From: an uncultured Phocaeicola sp.
GTDB taxonomy: Bacteria > Bacteroidota > Bacteroidia > Bacteroidales > Bacteroidaceae
Length of the DNA: 64,000 nucleotides
Direction: 5' to 3'
NCBI GenBank assembly: GCA_944320855.1
Contig: CALUJF010000006.1
Location: 17,399-81,398 of the forward strand
The notes below the pieces were generated by a model, which saw only the letters and a list, made by a program, of their open reading frames with translations, ran no database searches and was not told the DNA's origin. Positions 26,918 to 36,510 of this stretch are shown piece after piece. Made by a program: the position numbers and the translations under genes. Within the stretch, counting starts at the first letter, position 1, and the number at the start of each line of letters is the position of its first letter.

Positions 26918-28138
26918 TTATTCGTATCTCAATGCTTCTATCGGGTCAAGACAGGCAGCTTTCTTTGCAGGATACCACCCGAAGAATACTCCGGTGAAGG
27001 TACATACTGCAAACGACAGGAGTACGCTCCATGGCTGTACATATACAGGCCAGTTGGCTACTGTCTTGATAATGTACGATGCACCGCATCCCAATATTAC
27101 CCCTATAAGTCCTCCGGTGATGCTTATCAATACTGACTCTATAAGGAACTGCGACAGGATGTCTATTCCTCTTGCTCCTACAGACATTCGCAGACCGATT
27201 TCCCTGGTACGTTCTGTAACGGATACATACATGATGTTCATAATACCGATTCCACCAACTACAAGTGATATTCCGGCTATGCATGCAAGGAGTGTTGTCA
27301 TCAGGTCTGTAGTAGTGTTGAGCATTGAACTTAGCTCCTGTTGTGTCCTGATGGTGAAATCATCGTCGTCAGTTTCTTTCAGCTTATGTTCGCGTCGCAG
27401 AATCTTAGTTATTTCATCTACAGCCTCTTCTGTCATGTCTTCAGTCAGTGCCGATGCAAAAACGCCGCTCAGATATGTCTGTGCAAGAAGACGTTTCATT
27501 ACGGTGGAGTAGGGTGCCAGCACCACATCATCCTGGTCCATACCCATTGAGTTATATCCTTTTGATTCAAGTACACCTATAACTCTTAGCGGCACCTGAT
27601 TGCAGCGTATTACTTTTCCTATCGGGTCGGTACCGTCCGGGAATAGGTTTTCTACAATCGTAGAACCGATAACACAGACTTTTGCAGCTGTGCGGATATC
27701 GTCTTCGGTAAACATTTCGCCCTGTTCTATCTTCAGCTGTCTGATATTGAGGTAGCCTATGCTTACACCACTTACGGACGAAGGATAGTTATTGGCTCCC
27801 GATATGAGCTGTCCGCTGGCTGATACGTTCGGGCTGATGTCCGAAAGATATATGCATTCGTCTCTCAGTGTTTCGTAGTTCTCAAGTTTCAGGGTATGCA
27901 TAGACGATGGGTCCTGTCTTACTCCGCCTCGCATTTCGCCTCCCGGATGAATCATAATCATGTTTGACCCCATCTCCGAGATTTGTTTCTGGATGCTTCG
28001 TTTCGAGCCTTGTCCTATGGCAAGCATGGCTATCACCGATGCCACACCTATTATGATGCCAAGCATCGTAAGGAATGCCCTCAGCTTGTTGTTGGACAAT
28101 GCTCTGATAGCTATTTTAAAAAGATTTGTTCCGTTCAT
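26918..28138 (-). CDS. ABC transporter permease, MacB/FtsX-type
   Basis: 406 aa with an N-terminal TM helix, a large periplasmic domain and a C-terminal FtsX-like 3-TM bundle (TERTREIGLRMSVGA motif). Confidence 0.9.
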   Translation of the reverse strand: MNGTNLFKIAIRALSNNKLRAFLTMLGIIIGVASVIAMLAIGQGSKRSIQKQISEMGSNMIMIHPGGEMRGGVRQDPSSMHTLKLENYETLRDECIYLSDISPNVSASGQLISGANNYPSSVSGVSIGYLNIRQLKIEQGEMFTEDDIRTAAKVCVIGSTIVENLFPDGTDPIGKVIRCNQVPLRVIGVLESKGYNSMGMDQDDVVLAPYSTVMKRLLAQTYLSGVFASALTEDMTEEAVDEITKILRREHKLKETDDDDFTIRTQQELSSMLNTTTDLMTTLLACIAGISLVVGGIGIMNIMYVSVTERTREIGLRMSVGARGIDILSQFLIESVLISITGGLIGVILGCGASYIIKTVANWPVYVQPWSVLLSFAVCTFTGVFFGWYPAKKAACLDPIEALRYE

Positions 28139-28163
28139 TGTAAAAATGTTTTATTGTTCCGCA

Positions 28164-28910
28164 TCAGTCCTCATCATTCTTTGGCAGGGCTGCAAGTGCC
28201 TCTGCCGCCGAGAGGATATTGTTGTTTACGGTATCTTCTATCACATGTCCGTCGCGAAGGCGAATGTTGCGGCTGCTGTACATTGCCAGTTCCGGATTGT
28301 GGGTAACGAATATTATTGTTCTGCCTTCGGCATGCAGCTTTTGGAATAGTACCAGAATCTCGAACGAAGTGCGAGTGTCAAGGTTACCTGTAGCTTCGTC
28401 GGCCAGGATTACGGCAGGGTTGTTCACCAGTGCTCTGGCTATTGCCACACGCTGCATCTGTCCTCCTGACATCTGGTTCGACTTGTGTTCCAGTCTGTCG
28501 CCCAATCCCACGGCTATAAGTGCCTCTATGGCTCTTCTGCGTCTTTCAGCGGCAGATACTGACGGGTTATACATCAGTGGTAATTCTACGTTTTCTACTG
28601 CTGTGGTCTTAGGCAGAAGATTATAGTTCTGGAATACGAAACCGATTTTCCTGTTTCTCAGTACAGCCCTCTGAGGTTTGCTCATTGTCCTTACCGAAAC
28701 TCCGTCCAGCAGATATTCGCCGCTTGTAGGTGTGTCAAGACATCCAAGTGTGTTCAGCAAGGTTGATTTACCCGAGCCTGATGTACCCATGATAGTGACA
28801 AACTCGCCCTCGTTTATGCTGAATGATACTCCCCTGAGCGCATGTACTGTTTCGTCTCCCACACGGAAGTTACGCTTTATGTTCTGTAATTCAATTACTG
28901 TCTTGCTCAT
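28164..28910 (-). CDS. ABC transporter ATP-binding protein (MacB/LolD-type)
   Basis: Walker A GTSGSGKST, signature MSGGQMQRVAIARAL, and Walker B ILADEATGNLD. Confidence 0.95.
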   Translation of the reverse strand: MSKTVIELQNIKRNFRVGDETVHALRGVSFSINEGEFVTIMGTSGSGKSTLLNTLGCLDTPTSGEYLLDGVSVRTMSKPQRAVLRNRKIGFVFQNYNLLPKTTAVENVELPLMYNPSVSAAERRRRAIEALIAVGLGDRLEHKSNQMSGGQMQRVAIARALVNNPAVILADEATGNLDTRTSFEILVLFQKLHAEGRTIIFVTHNPELAMYSSRNIRLRDGHVIEDTVNNNILSAAEALAALPKNDED

Positions 28911-28934
28911 GGTGATTAATCCTTTTGCTTGAGA

Positions 28935-30140
28935 TTATTTTTTCTTGTTTCTGTTAGGTGGACCCGGCATGAACGGATTCTGTTCGCCTCCGGCCTCACT
29001 CATTTCAGGCATTTCACCTTTTACTATTGTTTCAGTTACGATTTCAGTTCCTTCGCTGATGCCTGAAACTATCTCTGTGTTTGAACCGTCGCTCATGCCT
29101 GTTTTTACAGGATGTGCTGTGAATGATGTTTCATCCATTGTCCATACCTTCTTTGGTGAGTTACAGTCTTTTATGGTCTTTCCACCGGCTAATTTCTTGT
29201 CCGGAGTAAATCGGAGAGCCTTGTTCGGAACTACAAGAACATCCTCGCGTGTGTCTGTAAAGATTGTCACGTTGGCTGTCAGTCTTGGTTTCAGTTTCAG
29301 GTCCGGATTGTCTGCTGTGATTACTACTTCGTATGTTACGACAGTTTCCGATGTAGTACTTGCCGACGAACTGCTGCTGTTTGTACTGCCCAAACGTATT
29401 TGTATCACTCTCCCTTCGAACACATCGTCCGGATATGCATCTACTGTAAATGTAACCCTTGCACTGTCTTTGACTCCGGCTATGTCTGCCTCGTCCACAT
29501 CAGCCACTACCTGCATCTTTGTCAAGTCCGCTGCTATTGTGAAAAGGGTCGGAGTCTCGAAACCTGATGCTACGGTCTGGCCTTCTTCCACTTCGCGGCT
29601 TGTCACGACACCGTTGATAGGCGATGTAATGGTGGTGTACGACAGATTTCTCTGTGCCTTGGCCAGTGCTGCCTTGCTCTGGTCGTAAGTGCTTTTCGCA
29701 CGGCGGTAGTTGTATTCGTACTGTTCGTATTCAGTATCGCTGATAAGTTGCTTTTCGTGCAGAGTCTTGTTTCTCTCGTAAAGTTTTTCCTGATAGATGT
29801 ATTCTGCTTCCGCACCGTCGTATGTAGCTTGCGCTGACTGAAGGTCGCTAATAAGAGTTACACGATCCATTTCGGCTATAACCTGTCCCTCTTTCACTAC
29901 AGAGTTGTAGTCCACATAAATCTTGTCGATGATACCTGATACCTGAGTACCGACTTCTACTTCGGTTACCGGTTCTATTGTACCTGTAGCTGTAATGGAA
30001 TTGCTGATAGTTCCTTTATGTACTGCCGAAGTGGCGAAACTTATAGTCTGGTTTGATTTTTTTCCACCGAAGATCCACAGTCCTGCTCCTGCAAGCACTA
30101 TTATTGCAGCTGCGCTGATGAAAACCTTTTTCTTGTTCAT
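28935..30140 (-). CDS. efflux periplasmic adaptor (HlyD/MacA-type membrane fusion protein)
   Basis: N-terminal TM anchor, a lipoyl-like segment, a coiled-coil hairpin and beta-barrel segments typical of MFPs. It sits between the TolC-like and ABC genes. Confidence 0.9.
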   Translation of the reverse strand: MNKKKVFISAAAIIVLAGAGLWIFGGKKSNQTISFATSAVHKGTISNSITATGTIEPVTEVEVGTQVSGIIDKIYVDYNSVVKEGQVIAEMDRVTLISDLQSAQATYDGAEAEYIYQEKLYERNKTLHEKQLISDTEYEQYEYNYRRAKSTYDQSKAALAKAQRNLSYTTITSPINGVVTSREVEEGQTVASGFETPTLFTIAADLTKMQVVADVDEADIAGVKDSARVTFTVDAYPDDVFEGRVIQIRLGSTNSSSSSASTTSETVVTYEVVITADNPDLKLKPRLTANVTIFTDTREDVLVVPNKALRFTPDKKLAGGKTIKDCNSPKKVWTMDETSFTAHPVKTGMSDGSNTEIVSGISEGTEIVTETIVKGEMPEMSEAGGEQNPFMPGPPNRNKKK

Positions 30141-30194
30141 AAGTAGTTGTTTTATTTAATTTTTCTAACTTCTTTACCTTCTCTACCTTCTTTA

Positions 30195-31538
30195 CTACAA
30201 TTTAATTTCGTTTCCAGCATAGAAATCAAGTAATGCCCTGTCGAGAATGGCCATGTACTTGGCCTGAACACGCTGCTGCTGTGCACTCAGAAGATTGTTC
30301 TTCTCTGTCAGCAGTTCCACTGTGTTCTTTATGCCGAGATTGAACTGTTCGTTCACTATATCAAAGCTTGTCTGGCAGCTTTCCAGTTTGCTGTTTGCTG
30401 CTTCATACTGCTGCTGTGCGTTCAGAGCATCCAGCCAGAGGGTTTCTATCGTGGAGTACAGCTCCTTTTGTTTGTTTATCAAATCGAGTTGTGATGAACT
30501 GTAGCTGATTTGTGCTTTCTGAACAGCACTTTTAGTCTGGCGGTTGTTGAAGATTGGAATACTCAGGTTGATACCAATCATGTTGTTCCATCCGTATTTC
30601 ATCTGCTCGGCCCAGTTGTTTGTGCTGGCATTGTTTGTCATGCTCGATGTTGAGGCCGACAGGCTGATGGTAGGGAGGTAGCCTGCCTTTGCAGTTTTGA
30701 TGCCGAGTTTTGCATTGTCAATGCTGAGTTTGCTGCTCTGTATTTCCGGTCTTGATGTCAGGGCTGTATTGTATACGTCTATCTGGCTTGGCAGAACTGC
30801 CATCACATCTTCGTCGTTCAGTTCCGGAAGGTCGAGAATCATTTCTGTAGTACCGTCCAGTTCCAGCAACTGTTTCAGCTGAAGCTTATAGTTTCTCAGT
30901 GAGCTTTCTGCTGTTACAAGTTGGTATTTGTCGTTGCTTGCCTGAGCCTCCAGTTGGGCTACATCGGATTTTGACAGGCTGCCTTCGTTGAAAAGCTCCA
31001 CTGCACGTTTGTATGTAGCTTCGCTTACTTCTAATGTATTTTTGTTTATCGCTACAGATTCGTTGGCATACAGAATCTGTACGAAAAGTTTCGTAATCTC
31101 TTCCTGAAGCATATTCTCTGTTTCGGCTACGGACAGACCGGCTATTTCCTTGTTGGTTTTCTGCTGTTTGAGGTTGTTCAGTCGTTGTCCTCCGTTCCAC
31201 AGGGTCCATTGTGCGCTCAGGTTATAGCTACCGTTGTAGGTGGTATTGCTGTTACTTGTGATAATTTCGGTACCGCTTACGGTTGCACTCGTTTCCTGAT
31301 AAGGGCGGTTTACCAGATTATGTCCCGTAGAGAACGACAAGCTTGGAAAGAGAGATGCCTTTGCGCTTTTCACATCCACATCAGCCTCTTCGAGCGAGAG
31401 TTTGTTCTGCTGCAGCTGTATGTTTTTCTCCAGAGCATAGTCAATGCAGTCCTGAAGGCTCCAGGTCTTGTTTTCCTGGGCATAAAGTCCTGCGCTTGAA
31501 CCAAGTACTGCGATAATGAATAAATCTCTTTGTCTCAT
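30195..31538 (-). CDS. TolC-family outer-membrane efflux protein
   Basis: I prefer the start at the ATG at 31538 (MRQRDLFIIAVLGSSAGLYAQ/ENK). The TolC-type N-terminus is SLQDCIDYALEKN, followed by two helical repeats. The longer ORF to 31664 adds a non-signal N-terminus. Confidence 0.9.
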   Translation of the reverse strand: MRQRDLFIIAVLGSSAGLYAQENKTWSLQDCIDYALEKNIQLQQNKLSLEEADVDVKSAKASLFPSLSFSTGHNLVNRPYQETSATVSGTEIITSNSNTTYNGSYNLSAQWTLWNGGQRLNNLKQQKTNKEIAGLSVAETENMLQEEITKLFVQILYANESVAINKNTLEVSEATYKRAVELFNEGSLSKSDVAQLEAQASNDKYQLVTAESSLRNYKLQLKQLLELDGTTEMILDLPELNDEDVMAVLPSQIDVYNTALTSRPEIQSSKLSIDNAKLGIKTAKAGYLPTISLSASTSSMTNNASTNNWAEQMKYGWNNMIGINLSIPIFNNRQTKSAVQKAQISYSSSQLDLINKQKELYSTIETLWLDALNAQQQYEAANSKLESCQTSFDIVNEQFNLGIKNTVELLTEKNNLLSAQQQRVQAKYMAILDRALLDFYAGNEIKL

Positions 31539-31703
31539 ATTGTTTACTGTTATCTTAAATTCATTTCCTGCAGCGAAATTATTCCTTATATAATATAATG
31601 GCAAAAAAGATAGATTTGACAAAGAAATCTGTGGACAAAACCTTGATTTTTCACGATAAATCATTTACTTTGTAATCATTATAAAAATATATACTTATTA
31701 ATT

Positions 31704-31925
31704 ATGAGCATAATCGGAATTTACAGGTTTTATGCAGACGGTTTCAAGTCGATGACTACAGGACGTATACTCTGGCTTATAATCCTGCTGAAACTTTTTG
31801 TAATGTTCTTTATAATCAAACTGTTCTTTTTCCCTTCATTCCTGAAAGACAAGACCACAGAGGAGAAGCAGGACTATGTAGGCAATGAATTGATTATCAG
31901 GGCATCGGACTCATATGCAAAATAA
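31704..31925 (+). CDS. small membrane protein, DUF4492-like, preceding cydA
   Basis: 73 aa with one hydrophobic helix, immediately upstream of cydAB. I recall DUF4492 genes in this position in Bacteroides. Confidence 0.55.
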   Translation: MSIIGIYRFYADGFKSMTTGRILWLIILLKLFVMFFIIKLFFFPSFLKDKTTEEKQDYVGNELIIRASDSYAK

Positions 31926-31957
31926 CTAATCAAACCAACTTAATAAAACTTTATTTT

Positions 31958-33460
31958 ATGATTGAAGCTATTGACACTTCTTTGATTGACTGGTCGAGGG
32001 CACAGTTTGCCTTGACAGCCATGTATCACTGGCTGTTTGTTCCGCTCACATTAGGCCTTGCGGTGATAATGGGAACAATGGAAACAGTCTATTATCGTAC
32101 AGGTAATGAGTTCTGGAAACGTACAGCCAAGTTCTGGATGAAACTGTTCGGAATCAATTTTGCCATAGGCGTTGCTACCGGGCTTATTCTTGAGTTCCAG
32201 TTCGGAACCAACTGGAGTAATTATTCATGGTTTGTGGGCGACATATTCGGTGCCCCTTTGGCCATAGAGGGAATATTGGCTTTCTTCATGGAGGCTACAT
32301 TCATAGCCGTGATGTTCTTCGGATGGGAGAAGGTGAGCCGACGCTTCCACCTTGCATCCACATGGTTAACGGGGCTTGGGGCTACGATTTCGGCATGGTG
32401 GATACTCGTTGCCAATTCGTGGATGCAATACCCTGTAGGAATGGAGTTCAATCCTGACACCATGCGCAATGAGATGGTAGACTTCATGTCAGTGGCATTC
32501 TCGCCGGTGGCTGTTGTCAAGTTCTTCCATACAGTGATAAGCAGCTGGATTTTAGGAGCTGTGTTCGTGGTGGGAGTGAGCTGCTGGTATCTGATAAAGA
32601 AGCGTGAGAAAGAATTTGCCAAGGCAAGCATAAAGGTGGCCTCAGCGGTAGGTCTGTTTGCTTCAATCGTGACTGCTGCAACCGGCGACCAATCGGCATA
32701 CCAAGTGGCACAGGTTCAGCCTATGAAGCTTGCATCGATGGAGGCACTTTACGATGGAAGTGCGCATGCCCCACTTACTGTAGTAGGTCCTGTAGAGATA
32801 CCGGAGATGCTTTCCGTACTTGCCACACACAGTACAGACGGATTCGTTCCGGGTATAAACGATATAATGAAAGGCGGATATGAGTTGGCAGACGGCACGA
32901 AAGCCCTCTCTGTAGATGAAAAGATTGAGCGCGGAAAGATGGCCATAAAGGCATTGGCCGATTACAGACAGGCTAAAAAGGAAAGCGATACCGCAGTTAT
33001 GGAGTCCTCACTCCGTGTGCTTGATGAGAATATGCCGTATTTCGGCTACGGATATATAAAGGATACATCCACACTCGTACCGAATGTGAATCTCATGTTC
33101 TGGTCATTCCGTGTGATGGTAGGTCTGGGAATGTATTTCATCGTCCTGTTTGCCGTTCTGATGTTCCTCACCTGGAAGAAAACATGCAATGTGGACTACC
33201 ATAACTGGCTGCTGTGGTTAGGGTTGTGGAGTATCCCTCTGGCATATATCGCCAGTCAGGCCGGATGGATAGTGGCGGAGGTTGGACGCCAGCCATGGAC
33301 CATTCAAGATATGCTGCCAGTGGATGCGGCGATATCCAAACTTGAAACAGGCTCCGTGCAGACCACATTCTTCATATTCCTCATCATGTTTACCGTCCTT
33401 CTGATAGCCGAGATAGGAATTATGCTGAAGGCTATAAAGCACGGTCCTGAGGATAAATAA
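31958..33460 (+). CDS. cydA: cytochrome bd ubiquinol oxidase subunit I
   Basis: The N-terminus WSRAQFALTAMYHWLFVPLTLG, GWEKVS and EVGRQPW are hallmark CydA motifs. Confidence 0.95.
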   Translation: MIEAIDTSLIDWSRAQFALTAMYHWLFVPLTLGLAVIMGTMETVYYRTGNEFWKRTAKFWMKLFGINFAIGVATGLILEFQFGTNWSNYSWFVGDIFGAPLAIEGILAFFMEATFIAVMFFGWEKVSRRFHLASTWLTGLGATISAWWILVANSWMQYPVGMEFNPDTMRNEMVDFMSVAFSPVAVVKFFHTVISSWILGAVFVVGVSCWYLIKKREKEFAKASIKVASAVGLFASIVTAATGDQSAYQVAQVQPMKLASMEALYDGSAHAPLTVVGPVEIPEMLSVLATHSTDGFVPGINDIMKGGYELADGTKALSVDEKIERGKMAIKALADYRQAKKESDTAVMESSLRVLDENMPYFGYGYIKDTSTLVPNVNLMFWSFRVMVGLGMYFIVLFAVLMFLTWKKTCNVDYHNWLLWLGLWSIPLAYIASQAGWIVAEVGRQPWTIQDMLPVDAAISKLETGSVQTTFFIFLIMFTVLLIAEIGIMLKAIKHGPEDK

Positions 33461-33498
33461 CACTATATGAATCTGATAAAACATTATTTACATTTGAT

Positions 33499-34650
33499 AT
33501 GGAATCTACATATATATTCTTACAGCACTACTGGTGGTTCATAGTATCACTGTTGGGTGCAATACTGGTGTTCCTGCTTTTTGTGCAGGGAGGCAACTCT
33601 CTGATTTACCGCATCGGTCAGACAGAGGAGGAGAGAAAGATGCTGATTAACTCCACTGGCAGAAAGTGGGAGTTCACGTTTACCACTCTTGTCACTTTCG
33701 GAGGAGCATTCTTCGCATCGTTCCCGTTGTTCTACAGTACAAGTTTCGGAGGCGCGTACTGGCTGTGGATGATAATACTTTTCACTTTCGTGCTTCAGGC
33801 GGTATCGTATGAGTTTCAGTCCAAGCTTGGCAACCTGCTCGGTCAGCGTACATACAGATACTTCCTTATTCTGAACGGTGTGATGGGGCCGCTGCTTCTT
33901 GGTATGGCTGTATCTACATTCTTCTATGGCTCAAACTTTGAGGTGACAAAGGATAATCTGACAGAATTGGGCATGCCTGTCATCAGCTCATGGTCTAACG
34001 GATGGCACGGGCTTGATGCCTTTGCCGAGCCATGGAATCTCGTGTTGGGTATGGCTGTATTCTTCCTTGCAAGACTTCTTGGAGGAATGTATTTCATCAA
34101 CAATATAGATAATGATGCGATAGAAACCCGTTGCCGCCGACAATTGGTTTCCGATGCAGTGCCTTTCCTCTTGTTCTTCCTGGCATACGTCATACGCACA
34201 TTGCTTAAAGACGGATTTGCGGTAAATCCGGAAACTCAGATGATAGCGTTGGAACCGTATAAATATTTCAATAATTTTGTGGATATGCCATACCTTCTTG
34301 TACTCTTCCTGCTTGGGGTTCTCTTTGTGCTTTATGGTTTGGGTAAAAGCATACTTTCGCTTGCATTCAAGGGAGGTATATGGTATTCAGGCATAGGAAC
34401 AATCCTTACTGTTCTGTCATTGCTGCTTGTTGCCGGATATAACAATACGGCATATTATCCTTCGCTGACGGATATGCAGAGTTCGCTGACAATATCAAAC
34501 AGCTGCTCCAGCCTGTTTACTCTCAAGACCATGGCATACGTGTCAATTCTGGTTCCGTTTGTATTGGCATACATATTCTATGCATGGCGTGCTATCGACC
34601 GCAAGCCAATCACTGCAGATGAGATAAAGAATGATGACCATGCATATTGA
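33499..34650 (+). CDS. cydB: cytochrome bd ubiquinol oxidase subunit II
   Basis: 383-aa polytopic membrane protein directly after cydA, with a typical CydB N-terminus (LQHYWWFIVSLLGAILVFL). Confidence 0.9.
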   Translation: MESTYIFLQHYWWFIVSLLGAILVFLLFVQGGNSLIYRIGQTEEERKMLINSTGRKWEFTFTTLVTFGGAFFASFPLFYSTSFGGAYWLWMIILFTFVLQAVSYEFQSKLGNLLGQRTYRYFLILNGVMGPLLLGMAVSTFFYGSNFEVTKDNLTELGMPVISSWSNGWHGLDAFAEPWNLVLGMAVFFLARLLGGMYFINNIDNDAIETRCRRQLVSDAVPFLLFFLAYVIRTLLKDGFAVNPETQMIALEPYKYFNNFVDMPYLLVLFLLGVLFVLYGLGKSILSLAFKGGIWYSGIGTILTVLSLLLVAGYNNTAYYPSLTDMQSSLTISNSCSSLFTLKTMAYVSILVPFVLAYIFYAWRAIDRKPITADEIKNDDHAY

Positions 34651-34677
34651 TACTTGATTCAGATAAACATATAACAG

Positions 34678-34730
34678 AATGTGCCGGACAGCAGCTTTTC
34701 CTTTTAGCAGTTTCCGGCACATTTTGTTTT
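34678..34730 (+). terminator. rho-independent terminator after cydB
   Basis: The 11-bp stem aatgtgccgga (34678-34688) pairs with tccggcacatt (34713-34723) and is followed by ttgtttt. It lies between the convergent cydB and thioredoxin genes. Confidence 0.6.
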
Positions 34731-34764
34731 AGAAATATCACATTTCGTTTTTAGTTAATATGTC

Positions 34765-35124
34765 TTACCCTAAAAGTACCTTCTGTATAGCCTCCTTCAA
34801 TGCAGGCTTAGGCATAGCACCCTGGGCCATCTGCGGCGCACCTTTCATAGGTACGAAGAGCAGTGTAGGTACGCTGCGTATAGCGAACAGTCCGGCCAGT
34901 TCCTCTTCCTGGTCAACATCTATTTTGTAGATATCTATCTTTCCGTCGTATTCCTCTGCCAGTTCGTCCAGTACCGGGGCAAGCATCTTGCAAGGTCCGC
35001 ACCATGTGGCATAGAAGTCTATCAGAGCAGGACGCTCACCCAGAAACTTCCATTCGTTAGGGTTAGTTTCATAGTTGGCCACTTTATTCAGGAATTCTTC
35101 TTTAGTCAGATGTTTTGCTTTCAT
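34765..35124 (-). CDS. trxA: thioredoxin
   Basis: 119 aa with the active site WCGPCK and a thioredoxin-fold pattern (IDFYATWCGPCKMLAPVLDELAEEY). Confidence 0.9.
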   Translation of the reverse strand: MKAKHLTKEEFLNKVANYETNPNEWKFLGERPALIDFYATWCGPCKMLAPVLDELAEEYDGKIDIYKIDVDQEEELAGLFAIRSVPTLLFVPMKGAPQMAQGAMPKPALKEAIQKVLLG

Positions 35125-35228
35125 ATTCGTAAATTTTTAGTTATTTATTTCAGTTTATTATATTAAAATGTATATAGTTGCCGCGCTCAGTAAAGGAGTG
35201 CCTTGTCAACTCATCGACTGAAGCCTTG

Positions 35229-35471
35229 TCAACTCTTGTCAGGGTTGTATGTTTTTACTATATCCTTATATATAGGCTTTGTCTTTTGGCTTGTTCCGCA
35301 TCCGCTTCCAGAGCAGCAGCATGACTGGTTTATGACAGCCATGAATGCCAACAGCAATCCAAGAGTTGTGAGAAAATGGTCGCCGGAGTAGATACCGTAT
35401 ATTGCAAATCCTGCTCCTGACAGAAGTCTTATCAGTCGGAATATGTCCCAATTCCTTAATAATTCGTTCAT
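35229..35471 (-). CDS. small membrane protein, DUF2892 (YgaP-like) with a Cys-rich tail
   Basis: 80 aa with two hydrophobic helices (RLIRLLSGAGFAIYGIY, TTLGLLLAFMAVI) followed by CCCSGSGCG. It lies upstream of and co-oriented with the thioredoxin gene. Confidence 0.55.
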   Translation of the reverse strand: MNELLRNWDIFRLIRLLSGAGFAIYGIYSGDHFLTTLGLLLAFMAVINQSCCCSGSGCGTSQKTKPIYKDIVKTYNPDKS

Positions 35472-35528
35472 GGTAGTAATCGTTTATTGTTTCTGATGCA
35501 AAAATACGTCACTCTCGCTACACCGACA

Positions 35529-35564
35529 ACAGATTATTTCTATCTTTGTATAGACAAAATCTAT
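35529..35564. promoter_or_regulatory. candidate OxyR-type operator (two ATAG-N7-CTAT-like elements) in the oxyR / DUF2892-trx divergent region
   Basis: ACAG-attattt-CTAT lies at 35529-35543 and ATAG-acaaaat-CTAT at 35550-35564, 6 nt apart. The E. coli OxyR consensus is ATAGntnnnanCTAT repeated with N7 spacing. Confidence 0.4.
35541..35548 (+). promoter_or_regulatory. candidate -7 promoter box (TAtcTTTG) for oxyR
   Basis: Exact TAnnTTTG match 23 nt upstream of the ATG at 35571. It overlaps the candidate operator. Confidence 0.45.
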
Positions 35565-35570
35565 TGAACC

Positions 35571-36500
35571 ATGAATTTACAACAGATGGAATATATCGTG
35601 GCACTTGACAAGTACCGCCATTTCGTACTTGCAGCCGAGGCATGCGGTGTGACTCAGCCCACACTAAGCGCCATGATTCAGAAGCTTGAAGAAGAGCTGG
35701 ATGTGAAGATATTCAGCCGCGACAGAAAGAACATTGCCCCGACGGCCATTGGAGAGAAAATAATACGTCAGGCACAGATAGCACTGAATGAATCGCAGAG
35801 GATAAAGGAACTCGTTTCGGACGAAACAGGTACTATGAAAGGCAGTCTGAGGATAGGAATACTTCCCACTATTGCGCCTTATCTGGTTCCGGACTTCATT
35901 CATCATTTTCGTAATTCCCATCCCGATGTAGACTTGTTTATAGATGAGAAAGAGAATGCCTCCCTCGTACGCGAACTCCGTTTCGGCAACATCGACATAG
36001 CCATTTCCACCTTGCCGGAGGATAGGGAAGGGATACTTGAGATACCGGTCTATATAGAAAAGTTCGTGGCATATTTCTCGTCCGGGTGCAGTCAGGCACA
36101 TAAGATAATAGCGAGCGGAAATCTGCCGGCCGAGCATATGTGGATTCTTAAGGAGGGACATTGCGTACCGAACGGTGCGATGAACTTCTGCAAGAACAAG
36201 GATATAGGAAACCATATCTACGAGGCCGGGAGCATAGAAACTCTTGTCAGGATAGTGGACCGCAACGGCGGATATACCATTATTCCGGAGCTTCACATTC
36301 CTTTCCTGTCCGACGCTCAGAAGGAAAACGTAGTGCATCTGAATGGCAATCCTCCTGCACAAAGGTGTATCTCCATACTTATAAAAGACGATTTCATAAG
36401 GGAGCGTGCCGTAAATGCCGTGCTGGAAACCCTTAAATCAATAATTCCGTCCTATATGATGGAGGAAAGGCTGAGGAAACATAAGATAAAACTCCGATAA
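35571..36500 (+). CDS. oxyR: LysR-family redox-sensing transcriptional regulator OxyR
   Basis: The N-terminal LysR HTH is MNLQQMEYIVALDKYRHFVLAAEACGVTQPTLS. The segment LKEGHCVPNGAMNFC aligns with the E. coli OxyR C199...C208 redox pair (GHCLRDQAMGFC). Confidence 0.85.
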   Translation: MNLQQMEYIVALDKYRHFVLAAEACGVTQPTLSAMIQKLEEELDVKIFSRDRKNIAPTAIGEKIIRQAQIALNESQRIKELVSDETGTMKGSLRIGILPTIAPYLVPDFIHHFRNSHPDVDLFIDEKENASLVRELRFGNIDIAISTLPEDREGILEIPVYIEKFVAYFSSGCSQAHKIIASGNLPAEHMWILKEGHCVPNGAMNFCKNKDIGNHIYEAGSIETLVRIVDRNGGYTIIPELHIPFLSDAQKENVVHLNGNPPAQRCISILIKDDFIRERAVNAVLETLKSIIPSYMMEERLRKHKIKLR

Positions 36501-36510
36501 GAACAAAGCG

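Noticed and set aside
31539-31664. 42-codon N-terminal extension of the TolC-like ORF
   Set aside because: The extension precedes a perfect signal peptide that begins at the Met at 31538, and it lies in the cyd/tolC divergent promoter region.
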